From contig JAUCBJ010008676.1 in assembly GCA_032718475.1 (NCBI GenBank), positions 1 to 50,414 of the forward strand: a DNA stretch of 50,414 nucleotides, in the 5' to 3' direction. Below are positions 1 to 11,358 of the stretch, piece by piece. Numbering within the stretch: position 1 is the first letter of the stretch; every line of letters starts with the position of its first letter. The notes beneath the pieces were generated by a model. It was not told where the DNA came from, made no database searches, and saw only the letters and a list, made by a program, of their open reading frames with translations. The position numbers were made by a program, and so were the translations under genes. The stretch comes from Nemertoderma westbladi. Taxonomy: Eukaryota > Animalia > Xenacoelomorpha.

Positions 1-1237
1 AATTAATGTGTAACACCGACTTCTAGTTACCGAGATACTGTATAGCAATTAATGTGTAACACCGACTTCTAGTTACCGTGATACTGTATAGCAATTAATG
101 TGTAACACCGACTTCTAGTTACCGAGATACTGTATAGCAATTAATGTGTAACACCGACTTCTAGTTACCGAGATACTGTATAGCAATTAATGTGTAACAC
201 CGACTTCTAGTTACCGAGATACTGTATAGCAATTAATGTGTAACACCGACTTCTAGTTACCGAGATACTGTATAGCAATTAATGTGTAACACTGACTTCT
301 AGTTAGCGAGATACTGTATAGCAATTGATGTGCAACACCGACTTCTAGTTACCGAGATACTGTATAGCAATTAATGTGTAACACCGACTTCTAGTTACCG
401 AGATACTGTATAGCAATTAATGTGTAACACCGACTTCTAGTTACCGTGATACTGTATAGCAATTAATGTGTAACACCGACTTCTAGTTACCGAGATACTG
501 TATAGCAATTAATGCGTAACACCGACTTCTAGTTACCGAGATACTGTATAGCGATTAATGTGTAACACCGACTTCTAGTTACCGAGATACTGTATAGCAA
601 TTAATGTGTAAAACCGACTTCTAGTTACCCAGATACTGAATAGCAATTAATGTGTAAAACCGACTTCTAGTTACCGAGATACTGTATAGGAATTAATGTG
701 TAACACCGACTTCTAGTTACCGAGATACTGTATAGCAATTGATGTGCAACACCGACTTCTAGTTACCGAGATACTGTATAGCAATTAATGTGTAACACCG
801 ACTTCTAGTTACCGAGATACTGTATAGCAATTAATGTGCAACACCGACTTCTAGTTACCGAGATACTGTATAGCAATTAATGTGTAACACCGACTTCTAG
901 TTACCGAGATACTGTATAGCAATTAATGTGTAACACCGACTTCTAGTTACCGAGATACTGTATAGCAATTGATGTGCAACACCGACTTCTAGTTACCGAG
1001 ATACTGTATAGCAATTAATGTGTAACACCGACTTCTAGTTATCGAGATACTGTATAGCAATTAATGTGTAACACCGACTTCTAGTTACCGAGATACTGTA
1101 TAGCATTTAATGTGTAACACCGACTTCTAGTTACCGTGATACTGTATAGCAATTAATGTGTAACACTGACTTCTAGTTACCGAGATACTGTATAGCAATT
1201 AATGTGTAACACCGACTTCTAGTTACCGAGATACTGT
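1..1237. repeat. 46-bp tandem satellite, ~27 copies, running off the left edge
   Basis: Unit AATTAATGTGTAACACCGACTTCTAGTTACCGAGATACTGTATAGC repeated head-to-tail with rare substitutions and no spacers. Confidence 0.97.
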
Positions 1238-1600
1238 CGAAAATAATAAGTTAAATTTAAATAATAAATATATAAATAGAATTTGAGAACAAGTACAGCT
1301 AAATTAATTATTCAATCATATGAGACATAGCAGCCCTCCCCACCACGACCTTAAATTTATTTATGTTATATATTTCGATGAAACATCTTATACGTACATG
1401 ATATACACAAATTTGCCTAAGACAACTTAATAACTTTATCACAAGATATTTATATTACAAATATTCTACTCCTTTCGCCGATTCTTCGCAAAATAATTGA
1501 CCACCACAATACCAATAATAGTAAAGATAATACAAAGAAACAAAGACACAAAACGACACCACGGGGCGGATTCAAAAAGAAAATTATACTCCTCTTAGAA

Positions 1601-2370
1601 TTACAATTCCGGTCCAACATCCAGCCGGTCGGCAGCTGCGCCGACGGGGGCAGAGACAGGGGCAGCGCCGATGGGGGCGGCGACGGGGGCGCCAATGGGG
1701 GCAGCGACGGGGGCATCGCCGACGGGGGCTGCGACAGGGGCGGCGATGGGGGTGGCGCAGATGGGGGCGGTGCCAAGGGGGGCAGCGACGGGGATGGCGC
1801 CGATGGGGGCGGCGACGGGGGCGGCACCGATGGGGGCGGCGACGGGGGCGGCGCCGACAGGGTGGGCGGCAGGGGCGTTGACGGGGGCGGCGCCGATGGG
1901 GGCGGCGGCAGGGGCGTCGACGGGGGCGGCGCCGATGGGGGCGTCGACGGGGGCAGCGACGGGGGCGGCGATGGGGACGGCGATGGGGGCGACGCCGACG
2001 GCGACGGGCGGGACGCCGATGGGGGCGGCGACGGGGGCGAAGCCGACGGGGGGGGGGGGGGGGGCGACGGGGGCGGCGACGGGGGCGACGGCGATGGGAG
2101 CGGCAACAGGGGCGACGCCGACGGGGCCGGCGACAGGGGCGACGCCGACGGGGCGGCGACAGGGGCGACGCCGACGGGAGCGCCGCCGACCGGGGCGCCA
2201 CCGACGGGGGCGCCGCCGACGGGGACGACGCCGACAGGGGACGACGCCGACGGGAGCGACGCCGACGGGGGCGGCGACAGGAGCGACGCCGATGGGGGCG
2301 GCGACAGGGGCGACGCCGATGGGGGCACCGCCGACGGGGGCGCCAGCGGGGGGGGCTAGAGGATCAACAC
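1601..2370 (-). CDS. Terminal exon of a spliced gene: Ala/Pro/Val/Gly repeat tail (APVAAPIGV...)
   Basis: Acceptor tttgtctcatAG precedes 2370. A phase-1 join to exon 3529-3736 opens the third minus frame, which the ORF track lacks: CVDPLAPPAGAPVGGAPIGVAPVAAP...APVSAPVGAAADRLDVGPEL, ending in TAA at 1601-1603. Confidence 0.7.
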
Positions 2371-2879
2371 CTATGAGACAAATAAAAATTGGTTAAATTT
2401 TAATATTAATTTTTTTATTATTACTTTCTATGTCTATCATACTACTATTGCCATCGATAATAAATTTAAATTATATAACTTTCCCTTATTATTTATATGC
2501 AGCAATTGTATATAAGAAAACTACTACTTCTATTGCATAGTTATTTACTTTTCATTACTTTAATATTATGGTTATACATAGTGATGTATATTTGTTTTTT
2601 TGTAATTTAATTTTTAGCCATCCTAAAATTTGAAAATTTTCAAAAAATTATACACCAGGGACACAAAACACATTGATATTTTTTGGATTAAATTATCTCG
2701 ATCGGGGCATTTTGAAATCCGGCCCTCTCTTTTTTTTTAAACTCTGCCTATGGTCCTGTCAGTTTTAGAACTGGACCAACAGTGTAGCCCTGAAGCTCCT
2801 AACAACTAATTCGGAAGTTAACATGTGTTAAAAGGATATGCTGTTTAATTTTAATTCCTAAACCAAGTTAAGTAAAAAA

Positions 2880-3243
2880 CCTTACAGAGAGGTATGTACA
2901 GGAGTAGCAAACTATAGAGCAACTGGACTTATAGACGTTGCATGCATTCATTTATCAGCTAATGGCAGTCAGCTGATCGGTAGGTTTCGGCTCCCAAGTT
3001 TGTGTAGCTGCTTCCCATATTGGTTAGTTAATATTACACACCAATCGTCATTATGTAACCCTCCCTTTCCTTCTCCCATTTCGGACTTCACCCTCACGGT
3101 CATTTCCAGGATTAGACTCTTCATAATGCCTTTCACCGTGAAGTGAGACCTACCGTTCAGCTGACTGCCTTTAAATGATCACTGATTGCATCAAACATAT
3201 ATCGGTGCAGTTTCGCTACTGCTATACACATCTATCAGTAAGG
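2880..3243. mobile_element. Degenerate MITE-like inverted-repeat element in an intron
   Basis: Imperfect inverted ends CCTTACAGAGAGGTATGTACAGGAGTAGCAAACT / AGTTTCGCTACTGCTATACACATCTATCAGTAAGG; inner arms GGCAGTCAGCTGATCGGTAGGT / ACCTACCGTTCAGCTGACTGCC. No TSD resolved. Confidence 0.5.
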
Positions 3244-3528
3244 ACTTGATTGACTAATTAAAATTAATGAAAATAATAAATTATTTCCCATTGGACTAAG
3301 TATATGATACTCTTCAACTTTTACATTTAATTTTCACTTAAAGCTTTCTTAAATAGCGAAATATATTACATATTTATTATAAATTTTAAATTTTTTCATA
3401 GGACTAGATTGTTTATAATATAATAACCAAATTTATATTGGTCCATCGTACTGTTTTTGATACTCAAAGTGCTAATGATCGTTATCATTAACAGAAATTA
3501 TTAAACTATTTTTAATTAAATAGCTTAC

Positions 3529-3736
3529 ATTCGAGAAGCTGAAACTCATACGGTCCAATTGGTCTAACAGATGATATATGTAATTTTGAAGAGTCGAACA
3601 TTGTCCCCCCTTCTTCATCGGCTCCAAAACTACTTGATTTCGACCATCCAACAACATTCCATTGACCATTATATTGTTGGATTTGCTGATTCACATGTCG
3701 CCGCACTTGCCGATTTGTTAATGTCTGAGTTTTTGA
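3529..3736 (-). CDS. Internal exon of the uncharacterised spliced gene (SKTQTLTNRQVRRHVNQQ...GQWNVVGWSK...FQLLE)
   Basis: Acceptor ttttatttAG, donor GTAAGC, 208 nt, open frame matching ORF 3512..3706; phases fit both neighbouring exons. Confidence 0.75.
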
Positions 3737-4367
3737 CTAAATAAAAAAAAGAATTAAAATTAATTTATCACGTAAGGAAAAACATAATATGAACCGTTTC
3801 CGTAACAACCCTTAAAAATGTGGCAATTTGCCACAATATTAATTCTTAATAATTTACAACCATACTCATGAAGGTGGCAATATGCCGAAATTATATTATT
3901 GTAACTTAAACCACTGGACAACAGACCTCCGCCCTTACATCATTATCTTCACCTAACTGCTCCCAGGAGCAGTCTATATTTAAACCCTGTTATAACATGC
4001 TCTAGAAAAGTTAATATAAAAGAAAAGAAAAACAGAGAATTTTGAAAATTGTATTTTATCCTGTTAGGTTAAAAAAAATGAAATGTAAGTCTCGGCCTGG
4101 CAGGGCCTTGGATACTGAAAACTATTCCATGTACATTTCTGCAGTGTGCATTTCATTGAAAGAAAGATATTTTATAATTTAATTCTCCTCTTTATATTAA
4201 AATAACAAGAAAAATAAACTACAGTGCGTCCAATAAAATATTTTTTTCTTGGACCTATGAAATAAACAATTATTTTATTTATCTATGTTTATGTTTAATT
4301 ACATTGTATCATATTTTATTTAAGGTTTTAAATTACGTAATAAAATTAAATATTATAATTAACAAAC

Positions 4368-4595
4368 GTTCATTGCTCCCTGTCCCAGGAAAAGCGAGCT
4401 AAATCTACTGGAGTGAAAAACACCCTGTCGGATTGCTTTTCCCTCGGTGTTGACGGAAACGTTTTCTAGCACCACATCAGTTTGGATTACCCAACGAATG
4501 TCCTTAGTGATTTGAGAGGAAAAACACGGGCAACGGTTGTAATAGCCATATTGGCCGTCGCATACAACCCCACGATGAGTTGATTTAATGGTTGT
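4368..4595 (-). CDS. Internal exon (TTIKSTHRGVVCDGQYGYYNRCPCFSS...FHSSRFSSLFLGQGAMN)
   Basis: Acceptor aattttAG, donor GTTTGT, 228 nt = 76 open codons, phase 0/0; GC-richer than its flanks. Confidence 0.72.
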
Positions 4596-5836
4596 CTAAA
4601 ATTTAAATTAATTAATTATTAGGCTTAAAGACAAACACGACCGAACACATTCGATCACCGTCAAACACATCAGAAGAACCTCATAAAACACTCAAGTCCA
4701 AAACACAATGACAACAAAAAAAATAACACAGAGTACCTATGTTTACATAAAATTAGTCAATCGTTACATTTCTATAAGTAATTATAGAATTAAATTGTCG
4801 CGATATTAAATATTCATTTCTTATCAGATCAGACCTGGCATAAATTTAAAACTAATAATTAAACGTAGTAGTTGGCCTGAGTTAAAGATGGTTAACACAT
4901 GGCCAGAGATCCCTAATGTTATATGTCATAAAAGGTTCCTAACAGAGAACCAGCTATTTCTATTCCACTGTTTTCGCTTGTGTTCTGTAAAAAGATCTAT
5001 CACAGGTAGGGGGAGGCGAAACTAGCCCTGTTTCAAATTCCATGCAAATTCATCAAAATTTGTAGAAAAATGTGTGGGAAGGATCCATATTACGAATCAT
5101 CAATTTTTTAGAAAATCATGACTCGCAATTTACCGGGTTGCAATTGTCCCAGTCGCAAATTTCGGAGTCACAATTGTCCGGGTCTCAATTGTCCTAACAT
5201 CTGTCAGATCATGTCTCTGATCATGTCAATGTGTCAAGTACATTGACATACATGTCCAGGAACATAATACTTAAAAAAATACTGGCCCTGAAGATACAGA
5301 TGATCTATAAAATCGAATATGTGATAGGAAGTTGTGTCGCCACTATTTTATCAAAAGCCAGCAGCGCCTTCACAATGAAATATTTAAAATTAGAAAATAT
5401 TTATTTCAATACGCAGACGGTTTTATTTTTTATTGTGAGTGGAATCGAACAATAAATTAGCTAAGTTTGCACACATCAATTAATTTAACTTCTGCCCAGC
5501 TACTTTAACATTTTCATTAAGTTTTCCATAAGCTTTTTTTATTTTACATTGGTTTTCCTCCTTCAGATCTATCCTTTTTAACCTCAATCGACTGCTCTGT
5601 TAATAATATGAACTATATTATGAAAAGTGGTGTAATTTTTCATATGTCATTATTAATTACATTTTTAATTTTGTGTCTAATTTTTAATTACCAAATTTTA
5701 TCTGGAGATTTAAAATAACCTATTGCCTAAATCATTATTAAAACTTTTTTTAGCTTTGAATCCGTCGCATAGTTATGTAATATATATTTTCTAAAAAAAT
5801 ACATTAGTAACCATTAATTTATACAGCAAGACTTAA

Positions 5837-7392
5837 CCCTATTAAACCCGGGGGGGGGGGTCAATATGACCCCCCCGTGGTTTTTTTATTATAATTCTGA
5901 AACAAACGCAGTTGGGAATCTGACATTTTATGACTTTTCCTAAAAATCTATTGTCTTCCTAGTAGTGAAAACCGTTTTCAAAAATATTGGGTACTTTTCG
6001 AGTTATAGCACCATTTTTTAACCCTACTTTTGGCACTTTTTTTGAGACGTTTTTTGAAAATTACATTTCATTAAATATGAATTGTAACATTTCTATTTTT
6101 GATTTACACCGGTTTTTTGGTGTTAGAAATTGGATGGAATTCATATAAATTGATTTAGAATTTTCAAACTCGTTTTTTTCGGTGGGTGCCAAATTTTGGT
6201 GCCAGCACCAAATTTTGAAATATGTCAATTTTGTAAATTGATTGTTTGAAACTTGTTTTTTACGCAATTGGGGTTTTTTGGGGTTCTGGATTCGATAAAA
6301 TATATACGAGTTGCACCAAGCGTATCAAACTTGTATTTTTTCGGTGCTGTGTGCAAATTTTGGTGCTAGCACGAAATTTTGAAAATCCATTCAATAGATA
6401 AAATTGCTTGTGACAATTTATTTCTTGCGTTTTAGAGGTTTATGGCTGTTCTGAATTCAATGGCATATATAATTATCGAACTATACATATCAAACTTGTA
6501 TTTTTCGGATGGGGGTGCAAAATGTGGTGCTAGCACCAAATTTTGAAAACCATCAAATAAATCAATTGATTGTGTCACCTTGTTTCTTGCGTTATACGGG
6601 TTTGTGATGGTTCTGAATTCAATGGAATCAGCAAAAATTTCATAAGAGTTCTCAAACTTGTATTTTTCGCCGGTGGGTGAAAATTGTTGTGCCAGCACCA
6701 AATTTTGGAAAATATGCAAATTGATCAGTAGATAGTATCACCTTGTTTCTTGCGTTATACGGGTTTATGAGGGTCCTGAATCCGATGGAATCAATAAAAA
6801 CAGCACTGGACATCGCAAACTTGTACTTTTGGTGATGGGTACGAAATTTGGTGCTAGCACCAAATTTTTGCCAAATTACGCCGAAAAATACAAGTAGCAA
6901 TGATCTGGCATATTAGAAATGTATTCCATTAGAATCAGCGCCCTCGAAAACCTGAAAATGTGAATTTATAGCATCGTATAAGTGAATTAAAAATTTTGTG
7001 TTCTAACTGAAAAGTGCTGGTTACTTGTTTTTTTCATTTTTTTTCCTACGCAGAGAGGACTAAACAGCCATTTATAGTAATCATATCATTTTTAAATATT
7101 TTCCAATGTATTTTGCGCCCCAGAAAACCTGTATTGAAAAATAATCAGCCGAAAATGTAACTTTCAAATATTGTGAAAATTGTGCACTACTTGTAATTTT
7201 GGTGCTGCAATATAACCACCCCAGTACATTTTTTCGAAAATTTTTTTTTTCGGTCGGATCCAGACAAGTGATACCTACGTACAAACAAAAAATCAGACGT
7301 TTTCGTTAATATTTGTAGATTTTAGAGGGAAGGGTCAATATGACCCCCCCCCCGGTATTTGTACAACATTTTATAGCCCGGTACTAATAGGG
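5837..7392. mobile_element. Non-autonomous piggyBac-superfamily element, intronic
   Basis: TTAA at 5833-5836 and 7393-7396; termini CCCTATTA...TAATAGGG in ~16-bp imperfect TIRs; palindrome GGGTCAATATGACCC near both ends; internal degenerate ~160-170-bp repeats containing GTGCTAGCACCAAATTTT; no transposase. Confidence 0.88.
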
Positions 7393-7422
7393 TTAAAGTG
7401 TAAGAAAACTGTCTAAACTTAC

Positions 7423-7699
7423 TCCTTGAAGTTGCAAGTCGTTCATTACAATGGAAAAGGGCTCCATTGTATCCGTTATAGGCATCATCTGGATGAGTTT
7501 CCGTGGTACACTCAATACATAAATTTTTATTGGAGACTCTTCTATGACGACAATGGGAGTCCCCCCAAATAACTCCCCGCGGTGTGCTGGTTCTATAATG
7601 CGAACCAAATCGCCTACCCCCACACTCTTATTGAAGAAATTAAGAGTCTCTTTGTGCCCTTTATTAAAGACACGGAACAACGAGCCTGTGACAATGTCT
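7423..7699 (-). CDS. Internal exon (DIVTGSLFRVF...GVGDLVRIIEP...NDLQLQG); a probable 33-nt exon at 7788-7820 lies upstream
   Basis: Acceptor atttattgcAG, donor GTAAGT; frame matches ORF 7393..7731; its phase-0 end fits exon 4368-4595. The micro-exon (RVVMFHDFLFR) supplies the required phase 2. Confidence 0.72.
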
Positions 7700-7837
7700 C
7701 TGCAATAAATATAATATTTATAATAACACACAAATAGTATTCAAATATAAATAAAATAATTCCCTGATAATGTACACAATGCAATACCGAAAAAGAAAAT
7801 CATGAAACATCACCACACGTCTAATATAAAACCAAAT

Positions 7838-9570
7838 CAGAACATTATGTTCAAAGCCACGTATTTTTTTCTACGTAATTGTGTTCTAACAGAACATTAT
7901 GTTCAAAGCCACGTAATTATGTTCTAACATAACATTATGTTGAAATCAACGTAATCGTGTTCTAACTGAACATTACATTCAAAGCCATGTCATTGTGTTC
8001 TAACAGAACATTATGTTCAAAGCCACTTTATTGTGTTGTAACAGAACATTATGTTCAAAGCCACGTAATTGTTTTCGAACAGTAGATTATATTCAAATCA
8101 ACGTAATTGTGTTATAACACAACATAATGTCCAAAGCACGAAATTATGTTCTAATATAACATTATGTTCAAAGCGACGAAATTGTGTTCTAACAAAACAT
8201 TATGTTAAAAGCCACGTAATTATGTTGTAACAGAACATTATGTTCAAAGCCTCGAAATTGTGTTCTAAAACAATATTATATTCAAAGCCACGTATTTTTG
8301 TTCCAACAGCAAATTACGTTCAAAGCCACATATTTTTGTTCTAACAGAACATTATGTTCAAAGCCACGTAATTGTGTTCTAACAGAACATTATGTTTAAA
8401 GCCATGTAATTGTGTTCTAACAGAACATTATGTTCAAAGCCACGTAATTATGTTCTAACATAACATTATGTTGAAATCAACGTAATCGTGTTCTAACAGA
8501 ACATTACTTTCAAAGCCACGTAATTGTGTTCTAACAGAACATTACGTTCAAAGCCATGTAATTGTGTTCTAACAGAACATTATGTTCAAAGCCTCTTTAT
8601 TGTGTTGTAACAGAACATTATGTTCAAATCAACGTAATTGTGTTCTAACAGAACATTATGTTTAAAGCCACGTAATTGTGTTCCAACAGCAAATTAAGTT
8701 CAAAGCCACGTATTTTTGTTCTAACATAACATTATGTTCAAAGCCACGTAATTGTGTTCTAACAGAACATTACGTTCAAAGCCATGTAATTGTGTTCTAA
8801 CAGAACATTATGTTCAAAGCCTCTTTATTGTGTTGTAACAGAACATTATGTTGAAATCAACGTAATCGTGTTCTAACAGAACATTACTTTCAAAGCCACG
8901 TAATTGTGTTCTAACAGAACATTACGTTCAAAGCCATGTAATTGTGTTCTAACAGAACATTATGTTCAAAGCCTCTTTATTGTGTTGTAACAGAACATTA
9001 TGTTCAAAGCCTCTTTATTGTGTTGTAACAGAACATTATGTTCAAATCAACGTAATTATGTTCTAACAGAACATTATGTTTGAAGCCACGTAATTGTGTT
9101 CCAACAGCAAATTAAGTTCAAAGCCACGTATTATGTTCTAACATAACATTATGTTCAAAGCTACGTAATTGGGTTCTAACAGAACATTATGTTCAAAGCC
9201 ACGTAATTATGTTCTAACACAACATTATGTTCAATTCAACGTAATTGTGTTCTAACACAACATTATGTTCAAATCAACGTAATTGTGTTCTAACAGAACA
9301 TTATATTCAAATCAATGTAATTGTGTTCTAAAACAACATAATGTTCAAAACCACAAAATTATGTTCTAAAAGAACATTATGTTCAAAGCCACACAACTGT
9401 GTTCTTACAGAACATTATGTTCAAAGTCACAAAATTGTGTTCTAACAGAAGATTATGTTCAAAGCCACGTAATTGTGTTCTAACAACACATTATGTTCAA
9501 AGCCACATAATTGTGTTCTATCACATGATTGACACGATAAGACACGTAATTGTGTTCCAACAGAACATTA
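7838..9570. repeat. 38-bp tandem satellite, ~45 diverged copies
   Basis: Consensus AACAGAACATTATGTTCAAAGCCACGTAATTGTGTTCT, containing the near-palindrome GAACAT-T-ATGTTC; followed by a (TA)n microsatellite. Confidence 0.95.
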
Positions 9571-9910
9571 TACATATATATATATATATATATGTTGCCG
9601 TTATCCCAACACCAGGGGGGAAAAACGCCGATGCTGGAGACGTGACTTTACAGACCACTGAGCCCCGGCCAGTCACCGGATATTGATTTTGGAGAAGGAA
9701 TGATTTCTGAGATGCAAGTTTGCGGTTGATAAAAAGCTGCATTAGTTGGATATACTCTTTAATGTAACTTCCTATAGTTGAAACCTGTTCAACATCATTG
9801 AAACCTGATTAAGAATAATTTTGGGCTTCCCCAAATCAATATACACCAAATATTCACAATAATTATACACGATAATATAAATCCCTACGGTATATTATTT
9901 AATAACCCAC

Positions 9911-11194
9911 TGTTCGCTCAGATTTTAGCCTACCTAATGTTCCCCAGATTTTCCCTCGGTCCTAGTCTTAGTGCCGTAGTGTCGGTGTCGGTCGACCCTG
10001 TCGCTTGTCCGTTCCACCCCTCACGAACACCGAAGGGAACGATCATCGAGAACCAGCACGGCTTGGCTAAGGGTCGGTCCAGTCGGTAGACTCTGTCGCG
10101 TATCCGTACCACCCCTCTCGAACCCCGAAGGGATCGGTCATCGAGAACCAGTACGGCTTGGCTAGGAGTCTGTCGTGTCGGTGGACCCATTCGCGTGTCC
10201 GTTCCACCCCTCACGAACCCCGAAGGGTTCGATCATCGAGAACCAGAACGGCTTGGCTAGGGGTCCGTCGGTTCATCGCAGAAACCCAACCACCTAGGCT
10301 TTCCGAGTCCCTTTCAGGCTCGTAGTCGCTTCGGCAGCCGAGAAACTGCTCCGAACAGTCGGTAGGCCAGTAGAGTCTAGTCCTTTGTCTTTCGACCCCG
10401 TCGCGTGTCCGTTCCACCCCTCACGAACCCCGAAGGGAACGATCATCGAGAACCAGTACGGCTTGGCTAAGGGGTCTGTCGTCGGTTCCCGTCGCAGATC
10501 CCGGTACAAGCAGTCAGCGTTCCGAGTTCTTTTCAGTCTCGTAATAGCTGCCGTTGACCAGAGACTGCTAAGGGCAGTCCTCGTCGAACCCGTCCTGTGG
10601 CCAGCCCTTTCGCATGTCCGTCCCACCCCTCGCGAACCCCGAAGGGATCGGTCATCGAGAACCAGTACGGCTTAGCTCAGGGGGCAGTCGTTAGTCGGCC
10701 ACCCGTTCCGCGTGTCCGCTCCACCCCTCACGAACCCCGAAGGGTTCGATCATCGAGAACCAGAACGGCTTGGCTACTAAGGGGCTGTCGTTTCCCGTCG
10801 CAAATCCCTGACACAAGCAGTCAGCGGTCCGAGTTCTTTTCAGTCTCGTAATGGCTGCTGTTGGCCAGGGACCGCTAAGGGCAGTCCTTGTCCTTTAGGC
10901 CTGGCGCATTACCAAATCCACCCCTACAGGCAGCAGGAAGTTGGCCAGGGCCTAATAGTACTCAGGCTAACCTGAATACTGCTTGCATTTTCCATCCCCC
11001 CCTGGCCCTTATAACTATGAAATTATTCCCGTACCCTGTAAGTTGCCCCAAAGTTCGCCCATAAATCGCCCCCAGTTTATTGAATGTGCCCAAAACCCAT
11101 GGTCCCGCACCCAGTAGTAACATCGGAATAATCAATTTTAAATAAATACAAAAATATTGAACTCGCGTTATGGAAAGTTGAAATACCGCGAACA
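9911..11194 (-). repeat. Putative 3' LTR of the outer element (1284 bp)
   Basis: Begins TGTTCGC directly after the purine tract TGGGGGGAC and ends GCGAACA, giving 7-bp inverted termini; the inner element's LTRs end in the same sequence. The partner LTR is not in the window. Confidence 0.72.
10009..10768 (-). ncRNA. Array of six 53-nt structured RNA hairpins (cUUCGg loop, kink-turn-like GAU-GA/GA motif) inside the LTR
   Basis: Copies at 10009-10061, 10104-10156, 10199-10251, 10409-10461, 10618-10670 and 10716-10768. Copy 3 RNA: CCGUUCU GGU UCUC GAU GA U CGAACCC UUCG GGGUUCG U GA GGGG U GGAACGG. The repeats are certain; RNA function is inferred. Confidence 0.55.
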
Positions 11195-11203
11195 GTCCCC
11201 CCA
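11195..11203 (-). promoter_or_regulatory. Polypurine tract of the outer element
   Basis: TGGGGGGAC immediately 5' of the LTR TG on the minus strand. Confidence 0.6.
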
Positions 11204-11358
11204 ATGACCTTCGTGAAGTCTGTCGGTCGATTGAGTTTGCGTAGGTCATTCCCAATATAAAAAACCCAAATTTAATATTGCATAGTTTTTAATTAATTTG
11301 GCCTAGAGTTTGTATAAAAATAAATGTTCGATAAATGTTCTTGGAATATCCCGATCCA

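Noticed and set aside
1-1237. CRISPR-like regular repeats (also 7838-9570, 30185-30958, 42068-43018)
   Set aside because: Units are contiguous with no unique spacers, there are no cas genes, and the context is eukaryotic.
1450-2396. Pro/Ser-rich ORF with a TM-like tail and the other three GC-rich ORFs
   Set aside because: Shadow frames of a GC-rich repeat; the splice phase from the upstream exon selects the unlisted APV frame.
5285-5330. CTGAAGA hammerhead-like start
   Set aside because: No convincing stem II or GAAA core follows.
10009-10768. SECIS elements or hammerhead ribozymes
   Set aside because: AUGA/GA is present, but the upper stem is only 7 bp with UUCG and no apical AA; the CUGANGA/GAAA hammerhead core is absent.
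9930-10851. Short ORFs across the LTR repeats
   Set aside because: The repeat units fall in different frames, so conservation is at the nucleotide level.
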